This document shows positions 7,832 to 14,820 of a stretch of 32,000 nucleotides of DNA, in pieces. Below the pieces are notes generated by a model. It was not told the DNA's origin. It saw only the letters and a program-made list of their open reading frames with translations, and ran no database searches. Numbering within the stretch: position 1 is the first letter of the stretch; every line of letters starts with the position of its first letter. Source of the DNA: Candidatus Methanophagaceae archaeon (GTDB lineage Archaea > Halobacteriota > Syntropharchaeia > Alkanophagales > Methanospirareceae); assembly GCA_003194425.1 (NCBI GenBank), contig PQXB01000001.1, positions 280,444-312,443 on the forward strand, written 5' to 3'. A program made the position numbers and the translations under genes.

Positions 7832-9292
7832 ATGCCGTCTAATTCTAACCAAACGTTTGCGAGAGTGGTTGTAGTTGCTGCGGTCTGCGTCTTTAGCACG
7901 CAATTTGGCGTTACTGTGGTCGCGCCACTGCTCGGCGGGTGGGTGGCGGCGTCAGAAACACCGTTCCTCGTGGCAGCGTTGATTTTCTCGGCTTTTACAC
8001 TCGTTAGCGCACCGCTTGGAGTTCCGGGCGGCGTTCTTTCAGACAGGCTCGGGCGGAAACCGCTGGTCGTGGCAGGGCTGCTGCTTTACGCTGCGGCGTC
8101 GGTTCTCTTTCCGTTTTCGGACGACCCTTACGACTGGATTTTTGTGCGGGCGCTGCAGGGAGCGGGTGCGGGCTTGTTCTTCCCTGCGGTTAGTGCTCTG
8201 CTTGCGGAGGTTACGAGCCAGGACCACGAGGAACGAGGAGAGGAACGAGGAGGAGAGCAGGGAGAGGAGCGGGGGCGTGCGTTCAGCGTGTACAACATCG
8301 GGCTGGGCGTTGGTTTAGCAGCGGGACCGATTTCAGGCGGGCTTTTATTTGAGGCGTTCGGGATTTTCGTGCCGTTTCTGTTCTGCGTTGGGTTTGCGGT
8401 TCTGAGTGCGGTCTTGGTGGCGGTCTTGGTGCAGGAGCCGAGAGAGAGGTCAGAGCGGAGGAGGGGCGGCGGGTTGGCGTTGGGGTTGGCGTTAGGCGAG
8501 CGGGAGAGGCGGGCGTTGGGGACTGCTTGCGTGGTGATTTTTTTTGGAATCGGAGTTGCAGCGATTATGGAATCGCTGTTCTCTCCGTTTGCTACAAACG
8601 AACTGAGGCTCTCTACAGGCGTCGTCGGAGCGGTTCTTTCCGCGATGCTCGGTGTGTTTGCAACGCTCCAACTCGGCTTCAGCCGACTGATGCAGAAGGT
8701 TGGGGAGGTGGGGATTTCTGCTTTTGGGCTTTTTCTGTGTGCCGTTGGTCTGCTTATGCTTTACTTCGTAACCAGCGTTCCCAGCGTTCTGGGGCTGCTC
8801 TTGGTGAGTGCTGTTCTTGGTGCGGGTCTGGGTGCGGTCTCGCTCGGAACGCTGACGCTGGCGTCAGACGCGGTGGGAGCAGGCGGCGGAGTTCGCGGAG
8901 TAGGGGAGGAGAGAGGAAAAGGGGAGGAGAGAGGAGTAGGAGAGGAGAAAGGAGAAAGGGAGGAGAGAGGAAAAAGGGAGGAAAGAGGAGAAAGGGAGGA
9001 AAGAGGAGCAGGAGAGGAGAGAGGAGAAAGGGAGGAGAGAGGAGTAGGAGGAGGAAAAGTGATGGGAATTTACTACACTGCGTTTTACGCAGGTCTTGGT
9101 GGCGTTCCGCTTGTCTGCGGGGTTTTTTCAGATATTTTAGGTGCGAGGCGGCTGTTCTTGGGCTACGCGGTGCTGCTCTTTGTCTTAGCGTTTGCAGTGT
9201 GGCAGGGCAGAGTGTTACGGAGGGGCAAGACACCGGCACCGTTTAACACAGAGGTTGCAAATAAAACACAAGAAGAAAAATTATGTTTGTAG
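7832..9292 (+). CDS. MFS-type transporter
   Basis: About 12 hydrophobic segments. MFS loop motif GVLSDRLGRKPLVVAGLLL (G-x-L-x-D-R-x-G-R-K/R). Two EERG-type repeat insertions. Confidence 0.8.
   Translation: MPSNSNQTFARVVVVAAVCVFSTQFGVTVVAPLLGGWVAASETPFLVAALIFSAFTLVSAPLGVPGGVLSDRLGRKPLVVAGLLLYAAASVLFPFSDDPYDWIFVRALQGAGAGLFFPAVSALLAEVTSQDHEERGEERGGEQGEERGRAFSVYNIGLGVGLAAGPISGGLLFEAFGIFVPFLFCVGFAVLSAVLVAVLVQEPRERSERRRGGGLALGLALGERERRALGTACVVIFFGIGVAAIMESLFSPFATNELRLSTGVVGAVLSAMLGVFATLQLGFSRLMQKVGEVGISAFGLFLCAVGLLMLYFVTSVPSVLGLLLVSAVLGAGLGAVSLGTLTLASDAVGAGGGVRGVGEERGKGEERGVGEEKGEREERGKREERGEREERGAGEERGEREERGVGGGKVMGIYYTAFYAGLGGVPLVCGVFSDILGARRLFLGYAVLLFVLAFAVWQGRVLRRGKTPAPFNTEVANKTQEEKLCL
8225..8275 (+). 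repeat. in-frame imperfect repeat encoding HEERGEERGGEQGEERG
   Basis: gaggaacgagga units, read directly from the sequence. Confidence 0.8.
8897..9055 (+). repeat. in-frame 18-nt tandem repeat x8 encoding G-x-(G/R)-E-E-R
   Basis: GVGEER GKGEER GVGEEK GEREER GKREER GEREER GAGEER GEREER GVGGG. It is almost pure purine on the coding strand and generates spurious long ORFs in other frames and on the other strand. Confidence 0.95.
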
Positions 9293-10296
9293 GTGTAGAC
9301 CACGGGACCAGTGGAATCCGTTTTGCGGGGCTAAAGAAGGAAAGAAGAAAAAGAGGAGTAGGAGAAGCGGAGGTCTGTGAGTTGTCGCGGGAGAGGGCGG
9401 CGGAGCTGAGCGGCGAGGAGATTTTAAGCGAGGTGGAGGGGGAGCTGAAGATTGAAAGAGACGGGATAAATTTGCTTGCACTGACCTACTCGATGGGAGA
9501 CGGCTTCTCCAAGATAAAAAGCGTTGAGAAGGTGCCGAACAGGGGTGTGAGGAGCGGAGAAGGAGCAGGTGCAAGAGTCGGCGGCGGGACAAAGGTCTTT
9601 GACGCCCTGAAGGACGCAGGCGTTCCTGCGATTTTGATTCCGGGCATTCACGCTGGGAGCGAGAAGTTGGACCGCAGAATGAAGTTCTTCTCGCACGGGG
9701 CGAGTCCCGAGAAAGTCGGCGTTGCGTACCACCTTTACAAGAAAGGCTTTGAGAACTTCATTTTTTCAGACATTAGTTCTAACACCGTTACGGTGGCGGT
9801 CGCGAGCGGGGTGGTAGTGGGGGCGGTGGACGCTTGCTTGGGCGCTCCTGGGTTGTTTCAGGGTCCGCTTGACCTTCAGCTGTTGCGGGAGATTGAGAGT
9901 GGGCGGGTAAGCGCGAACGAAGCGTTCTCAAACGCCGGCGTCCTGCGTAAGAGGTGGGTGGGCGGAGTAAGGGGCGGAGTAAGGGGCGGAGTAAGGAAAG
10001 AGGGAGAGGAGGAGTTGGTGCTCGACGCTCTCGCTTTGTTTGCGGCGATGGAAATCTCGGCGATGCAGGTTCTTATGCGAGATTGCGGCGTGGGTGTAGA
10101 AGCGTCTCGTGTTTTCCTTACAGGCTCGGTGGGTGAAAAGGAGGAGGTGAAGCGGAGGATCGAGAGGCTCTTGGACAGCGGCGACGGCGAGACCGAGACT
10201 TTAACGAGGTGGAGTGCGGCAGTAGGGTGTGCGGAGATTGCAAAGGATGTTTTTTACGGCGAGAGGGAGATATTGGGGATCGAAGTGGAGTTGTGA
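9283..10296 (+). CDS. ASKHA-fold (actin/Hsp70/sugar-kinase-like) protein, resembling the archaeal UPF0285 / methanogenesis-marker-12 family
   Basis: The N-terminus MFVGVDHGTSGIRFAG looks like a phosphate-1 motif of ASKHA ATPases. The start overlaps the MFS stop by 10 nt. Contains a (GGVR)3 insertion. The family assignment is from memory and not verified. Confidence 0.5.
   Translation: MFVGVDHGTSGIRFAGLKKERRKRGVGEAEVCELSRERAAELSGEEILSEVEGELKIERDGINLLALTYSMGDGFSKIKSVEKVPNRGVRSGEGAGARVGGGTKVFDALKDAGVPAILIPGIHAGSEKLDRRMKFFSHGASPEKVGVAYHLYKKGFENFIFSDISSNTVTVAVASGVVVGAVDACLGAPGLFQGPLDLQLLREIESGRVSANEAFSNAGVLRKRWVGGVRGGVRGGVRKEGEEELVLDALALFAAMEISAMQVLMRDCGVGVEASRVFLTGSVGEKEEVKRRIERLLDSGDGETETLTRWSAAVGCAEIAKDVFYGEREILGIEVEL
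9961..9996 (+). repeat. in-frame 12-nt tandem repeat x3 encoding (GGVR)3
   Basis: ggcggagtaagg repeated three times exactly. Confidence 0.95.
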
Positions 10297-10333
10297 GTGT
10301 TCCTAAGATGGTTATTGTGGGGGAGAAGCCGTT

Positions 10334-10768
10334 GTGAAAAAAGAGGACGCAAATAAAGCTTTATGGGACTATTATAAAATATTGTCAGAACAATGCATAC
10401 ATGTAGGAACACAATTACATCGGAGTCTTTCTTTGAGTATCATGTGTATGATGTTATTTTTAACATTTACAGGGCTTTTGATAACTCAAAAGGTAAATTT
10501 TTCTTTTAATTTAGTTACTATAGGAATAGCTATTATCGACTTTGTAATTTTTTTGTTTTTCATTTCATCTGTTGGTTATTATCTTCACCTACGAATTCAT
10601 CTGCACAATATTTTTGGTACTGTTATGAAGATGGAAGAATTACAACGCGATATCCTTTTCGATAAAGTAAGTGAAGATGAATTAGAAATGAGATTTGAAG
10701 GGGTTTATCCTTTTTTAAATGCCTCTAGATATAAAACAAAATGGAAAATTTTGTTTAGGAGATGGTAA
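10334..10768 (+). CDS. small 2-TM membrane protein in an AT-rich islet
   Basis: GTG start. Hydrophobic segments are LSLSIMCMMLFLTFTGLLI and LVTIGIAIIDFVIFLFFISSVGYYL. Composition is much more AT-rich than the flanking genes. No family recognised. Confidence 0.5.
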   Translation: MKKEDANKALWDYYKILSEQCIHVGTQLHRSLSLSIMCMMLFLTFTGLLITQKVNFSFNLVTIGIAIIDFVIFLFFISSVGYYLHLRIHLHNIFGTVMKMEELQRDILFDKVSEDELEMRFEGVYPFLNASRYKTKWKILFRRW

Positions 10769-10842
10769 ATGGCGTAATGATACAAAAATTAGTAAATATT
10801 CTTTTATTTAAAAGAAAGGAAATATTAAAAAGGTGGTTGAAA

Positions 10843-11012
10843 ATGAAAGGCGCTAAAAAAGTTCATTTCCCTGTTCTCGTGGAGAGGGATGAAAATGGTT
10901 TTTTGTGGTTGAATGTCCTTTTCTTCAAGGGTGCTACATACAGGGCAAAACGCTGGACCAGGCGTTGAAAAACAGAACATGCATGAAGAGAAGAAAAAGA
11001 GCAAAAGAATAA
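10843..11012 (+). pseudogene. HicB/UPF0150-like small gene, frameshifted in a T6 run
   Basis: Frame 1 reads MKGAKKVHFPVLVERDENGF from ATG 10843, with ggtgg SD upstream. Frame 0 continues after T6 (10899-10904) as FVVECPFLQGCYIQGKTLDQALKN. Together these match the HicB N-terminal consensus (..E.DE.G...V.CP.L.GC.TQG.TL.EAL.N). The stop TAA at 10010-10012 of the local numbering, i.e. 11010-11012, overlaps ATG 11012 of the methyltransferase. Confidence 0.5.
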
Positions 11013-12448
11013 TGGAACTAAACCGATTGTACTACGGCGACAACTTAACGATTCTCCGAAGATACTTTCCTGACGAGTCGGTAGACCTGATTTATTTAGA
11101 CCCGCCGTTCAACTCCAACGCCTCTTACAACATCCTTTTTAAAGAGCCGGGGACAGGCGGCGAGCAGTCAGCCGCGCAAATTACCGCCTTCGACGACACT
11201 TGGCACTGGACAAGCGAGAGCGAGCAGACGTTCCAAGAGATTGTTAAGACCGCTCCTGCGACGGTTGTTAATTTAATGACCGCGTTGAAGGACGCTATTC
11301 ACAGAAACGACCTGCTGGCTTACCTCACGATGATGTGCATTCGGCTTCTTGAGTTGAAGCGAGTTTTGAAGCAGACTGGCTCTCTTTATTTGCACTGCGA
11401 CCCGACCGCGAGTCATTACTTGAAGATCCTTCTAGACGCTATCTTTGGAAAGGAGAATTTCAGGAATGAAATAATTTGGAGTTATCGAAGATGGCCAGCA
11501 AAGCAGGAAAATTTTCAGAGGATGCACGACACGATTTTGCGTTACTCAAAAACAGAGAAAGTCATTTGGAACCAACTTTTTGAACCACTCGCAAAATCGA
11601 CTTTAAAAGCGGATGGCGGAAATAAAATTCTTAATGTTTTTGATCCAGATACAGGAAAACGGATTCGTGGTAAAAAAACGGGCGAAAAATCTCTGGGCGC
11701 ACCGTTGCGAGATGTGTGGGAAATTTCAGTAATCGCACCAACTGCCAAAGAGCGTGTTGGCTACCGAACGCAGAAGCCCGAAGCCCTCCTTGAACGCATC
11801 ATAAAAGCGTCCTCAAACGAGGGCGACGTGGTCTTAGACCCGTTCTGCGGCTGCGGGACTGCAGTAGCAGTTGCCGAGAGACTCGGTCGCCGCTGGATTG
11901 GAATTGACATCACGCATCTCGCTATCAATTTAATAAAAGGGAGATTAAAAGACAATTTCCCAGAGATTGCGTTTTCGGTCGTCGGCGAGCCAGTAGATTT
12001 AGCAGGTGCCGAAGCGTTAGCAAGACAGAACCGCTACCAATTTCAGTGGTGGGCACTCTCGCTAGTCGACGCCAGACCGTTCGGCGATAAAAAGAAAGGT
12101 GCTGACACTGGAATCGACGGCTTCTACTACTTCAACGACGGCGGGACGACAAAGAAGGCGGTCGTCTCTGTTAAGAGCGGGAAAGTAGGCGTAAGCCAAA
12201 TCCGAGAGCTAAACGCGGTCGTAGAACGCGAAAAGGCGGAAATGGGCTTCTTCTTGACTCTAAAAACTCCAACAGCAGCAATGAAAGAAGCAGCCACTGG
12301 TGAAGGCTTTTATTTAGATTCCTTCGGGAATAAATATCCGAAGCTGCAACTCTTTACAATTGAAGAACTTCTTAACAATAAAAGTCCAGACACGCCGCAA
12401 AAAGTCGGTCTCTTTGAATCTTACCGAGCAAAAAAATCAAAAGGATAA
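11012..12448 (+). CDS. beta-class N6-adenine/N4-cytosine DNA methyltransferase fused to a C-terminal Mrr-like (PD-(D/E)xK) nuclease domain
   Basis: Motif IV DLIYLDPPFNS precedes motif I VLDPFCGCGTAVAVAERLGRRWIGIDI, which is the beta permutation. The C-terminal ~140 aa read GADTGIDGFYYF...AVVSVKSGKVGVSQIRELNAVV...MGFFLTL, resembling the restriction-endonuclease Mrr_cat core. ATG 11012 (MELNRLYYGDNL) is preferred over ATG 10913, which overlaps the HicB-like frames. Confidence 0.85.
   Translation: MELNRLYYGDNLTILRRYFPDESVDLIYLDPPFNSNASYNILFKEPGTGGEQSAAQITAFDDTWHWTSESEQTFQEIVKTAPATVVNLMTALKDAIHRNDLLAYLTMMCIRLLELKRVLKQTGSLYLHCDPTASHYLKILLDAIFGKENFRNEIIWSYRRWPAKQENFQRMHDTILRYSKTEKVIWNQLFEPLAKSTLKADGGNKILNVFDPDTGKRIRGKKTGEKSLGAPLRDVWEISVIAPTAKERVGYRTQKPEALLERIIKASSNEGDVVLDPFCGCGTAVAVAERLGRRWIGIDITHLAINLIKGRLKDNFPEIAFSVVGEPVDLAGAEALARQNRYQFQWWALSLVDARPFGDKKKGADTGIDGFYYFNDGGTTKKAVVSVKSGKVGVSQIRELNAVVEREKAEMGFFLTLKTPTAAMKEAATGEGFYLDSFGNKYPKLQLFTIEELLNNKSPDTPQKVGLFESYRAKKSKG
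12023..12427 (+). repeat. direct repeat copy A (nuclease-domain coding block)
   Basis: Colinear with 13200-13604 at a constant offset of 1177 nt. Long near-identical stretches (e.g. agacagaaccgctaccaatttcagtggtgggcactctcgctagtcgacgc) are interspersed with more diverged patches. Confidence 0.9.
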
Positions 12449-12476
12449 AGGCAGAATAAGTTAATGAGGAAAAAGG

Positions 12477-13184
12477 ATGTTTGAAAATCTGCCGGGGATA
12501 ATTCCCTCATTGGATGTTGAGATTGGAGAGGCGAGAAGGGTAGTAGAAGAGATCAAGGATTTGAGGCGGGAGATTTGCGGATTGAAAATAGGCTCGCTCC
12601 TTGCTTGGAAATATGGGTTGCAGAGGGTGGTGGAGGAGATGAAAAAAACATCTGATTTCAAATTCCCGATAATTTTTGACGCACAGAAGGCAGGAACAGA
12701 CATTCCAGAAATGACACGGAAACAGGTGAAAGTCGTTGCTGACGCTGGCGTAGACGCGTTTATCGCGGCTCCGCAAGGCGCTGGCTCGGCGACGCTTGCT
12801 GCTTTTGTGGACGCCTGCCTTGAACACGAAATAATTCCAATCGTGGTCGTAGAGATGACGCACCAGGATTTTGACGCTTTTCTGTCGGGCGACGCTTCGG
12901 AGAAGATTTTGGAAGACGCGTTGGAGCGGGGTGTTGAGGACTTTGTGGCTCCTGCCAACAAGCCCGAGCGTTTGAAGTTTTATAAAAATTTTGCTGAAGA
13001 GAAGAAGAAAGGGATAAAAATATTCTCGCCTGGGGTGGGTCCTCAGGGCGGCGGTCCCGATTCGGCTGTTGCGGCGGGTGCGGATTTTGTGATCGTTGGC
13101 AGAGCGATTTACGAGGCGGAAAATCCGCGAAGAGAAGTGATTCGGATTTACGAGAAGATTAAGAAGGTTAAGAAGGCGGTGTAA
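12477..13184 (+). CDS. orotidine-5'-phosphate decarboxylase family protein (PyrF-like, atypical catalytic loop)
   Basis: Archaeal ODCase-like blocks are present: VVVEMTH, VAPANKPERL, FSPGVGPQGG and FVIVGRAIYEAENP. The expected D-x-K-x-x-D motif reads D-A-Q-K-A-G-T-D (IIFDAQKAGTDIPEM). Confidence 0.65.
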   Translation: MFENLPGIIPSLDVEIGEARRVVEEIKDLRREICGLKIGSLLAWKYGLQRVVEEMKKTSDFKFPIIFDAQKAGTDIPEMTRKQVKVVADAGVDAFIAAPQGAGSATLAAFVDACLEHEIIPIVVVEMTHQDFDAFLSGDASEKILEDALERGVEDFVAPANKPERLKFYKNFAEEKKKGIKIFSPGVGPQGGGPDSAVAAGADFVIVGRAIYEAENPRREVIRIYEKIKKVKKAV

Positions 13185-13187
13185 AAA

Positions 13188-13643
13188 ATGGAACTAAACA
13201 GACAGAACCGCTACCAATTTCAGTGGTGGGCACTCTCGCTAGTCGACGCACGACCGTTCGGCGATAAAAAGAAAGGTGCTGACACTGGAATCGACGGCTA
13301 TTTCTTCTTTAACGACGCTGGCGAGACAAAGAAGGCAGTGGTGCAGGTTAAGAGCGGTAAAGTCGGAGTCAGCCAAATCCGCGAACTAATCCAAGTCGTA
13401 GCGAGAGAGAAAGCGAAAATGGGCTTCTTCTTGACTCTAAAAACTCCAACAGCAGCAATGACCGAAGCAGCCACAGGCGAGGGATTTTATTCTGATTCCT
13501 TCGGTAATAAATATCCAAAGCTCCAAATCTTTACGATTGAAGAACTTCTTAACAATAAAAGTCCAGACACGCCGCAAAAAGTCGGTCTCTTTGAATCTTT
13601 CCGAAATACCAAAAGGAGAAAGAATAAAAGAAACAAAAAATGA
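13188..13643 (+). CDS. stand-alone Mrr-like nuclease-domain protein, a deletion derivative of a methyltransferase-nuclease paralogue
   Basis: It starts with MELN, and the 13 nt aatggaactaaac are identical to 11011-11023. It then joins directly to RQNRYQFQWWALSLVDARPFGDKKKGADTGIDG...VVQVKSGKVGVSQIREL, homologous to the C-terminus of the 11012-12448 product. Its stop overlaps ATG 13640 (ATGA). Confidence 0.7.
   Translation: MELNRQNRYQFQWWALSLVDARPFGDKKKGADTGIDGYFFFNDAGETKKAVVQVKSGKVGVSQIRELIQVVAREKAKMGFFLTLKTPTAAMTEAATGEGFYSDSFGNKYPKLQIFTIEELLNNKSPDTPQKVGLFESFRNTKRRKNKRNKK
13200..13604 (+). repeat. direct repeat copy B
   Basis: Homologous to 12023-12427; see copy A. Confidence 0.9.
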
Positions 13644-14797
13644 AAAAGCCGATATTTGACGATGTTGGGAGTTACCCACTGCCCGAGGGAACGACGAAGG
13701 AGTGGCTGAAAGAAGCCTTCTCCAGTGCTGCTACCAATTCCCAACTCTACGAAATAATAAGAGAAGCGATGTGGCAGAAGATAAACGCGGGCGTTGAAGT
13801 CCCGAACTACCCGCAGTTTCAAAATATGATTTCGCAGTTCAGCGAGCCGATTTTGGACGACAGCCGCACAGAAGCACCGCTGCTCGTAAAAGAAGAAGAG
13901 GCGAGGCTGGTCGAGCTGGACGCTTTAGAGGGGCTGGCTGCGGAGTACAGGGAAGAGCGAGGGGGAGGAAGAGGAAGCGGAGAGGGAGGAAGAGGGAGCG
14001 GAGAGGGAGGAAGAGGGAGCGGAGAGGGAGGTGGGGAAGGGGAGAAATTGAAAATCAGAATTTGCGTTACCGGCCCTGTAGAGTTGTACTACAGCCTCTT
14101 TCCACCGCCGGTTTACACAGACGTCCTCTCAAACATTGCGAAATCAGTGGGCAGGTTCGTAAAGCACGCGGTGGAAGGAGCGAGGAAAGGAGCGAAGAAG
14201 AGGAATTACGAGGTGAGTTGCGTCTCAATTGACGAGCCGAGCATTGGGTTAGACCCTCGCATTGAGGTAAAGGAAGACGAGGAGAGCGTAGTCACCGCAC
14301 TCGAACTCGCCACCGAGTACGCGTCTCGAACCGCGGGCGTTGACACGCAAATTCACCTGCACTCGCCGATTTTTTACGAGACCGTTTGTCAGGTGGAGGG
14401 GATAAAAGTGATTGGGCTGGAGTCTGCGGCTAACCCGTCCCTCCTTGCTCTAATTGACAAAAAAGAACTCGAGCAGCACGACAAGTTCCTCCGCATCGGC
14501 GTCGCGAGAACTGACATCTTCAGAATGGCTGCCGAGTACGACGAGAGGCACAACACGAACTCCTTCGGGAAAAGCGGGAAGGAGAGAAGGATTTTGGAGG
14601 CAGTGGTTAACGAGTACAACAGCCCTGCCCTCGTAAAAAAGCGGTTGGAGAAAGCGTCTACGATTTTCGGCGAGCGGGTGCTGTACGCTGGTCCTGACTG
14701 CGGACTTGGGGCGTTTCCCAGTCAGGAGTTGGCGTCTTTGGTCTTGAAGAACACTTCTCTTGGGCTGCGGGGGCTGCGGGAGCGGGATTTTCGGTGA
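13640..14797 (+). CDS. UROD/MetE-like (cobalamin-independent methionine synthase family) protein
   Basis: N-terminal DDVGSYPLPEG and C-terminal VLYAGPDCGLG resemble MetE-type catalytic-domain motifs. Contains a 21-nt x3 repeat insertion. The family call is from motif memory only. Confidence 0.55.
   Translation: MKKPIFDDVGSYPLPEGTTKEWLKEAFSSAATNSQLYEIIREAMWQKINAGVEVPNYPQFQNMISQFSEPILDDSRTEAPLLVKEEEARLVELDALEGLAAEYREERGGGRGSGEGGRGSGEGGRGSGEGGGEGEKLKIRICVTGPVELYYSLFPPPVYTDVLSNIAKSVGRFVKHAVEGARKGAKKRNYEVSCVSIDEPSIGLDPRIEVKEDEESVVTALELATEYASRTAGVDTQIHLHSPIFYETVCQVEGIKVIGLESAANPSLLALIDKKELEQHDKFLRIGVARTDIFRMAAEYDERHNTNSFGKSGKERRILEAVVNEYNSPALVKKRLEKASTIFGERVLYAGPDCGLGAFPSQELASLVLKNTSLGLRGLRERDFR
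13964..14044 (+). repeat. in-frame 21-nt tandem repeat x3 (+partial) encoding (GGRGSGE)3GGGEGE
   Basis: ggaggaagaggRagcggagag repeated three times. Confidence 0.95.
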
Positions 14798-14820
14798 AAT
14801 TCTAAAATTCTAAAATTCTA
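14797..14820. repeat. 8-nt tandem repeat x3 (aaattcta) filling the gap between convergent genes
   Basis: aaattcta aaattcta aaattcta. The last base of the + gene stop (14795-14797) and the entire - gene stop (14818-20) lie within it. Confidence 0.9.

Noticed and set aside
8527-9246. 239-aa (+) and 161-aa (-) ORFs across the MFS repeat region
   Set aside because: They are generated by the polypurine 18-nt repeat read in other frames or on the other strand (RRGERRKGGER..., LLLSPPFLLSP...). The MFS frame has transmembrane structure and family motifs.
10913-11011. ATG 10913 as the methyltransferase start (511-aa version)
   Set aside because: The extra 33 codons overlap the HicB-like reading frames and have no methyltransferase similarity. 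ATG 11012 is coupled to the upstream stop (TAATG), and the same MELN start is reused by the paralogue at 13188.
12461-12961. 166-aa minus-strand ORF opposite the PyrF-like gene, and similar antisense ORFs at 1640..2170, 3763..4269, 19462..19944 and 22375..22758
   Set aside because: Each lies antisense to a gene with strong family motifs and has skewed, low-complexity composition. They are shadow ORFs.
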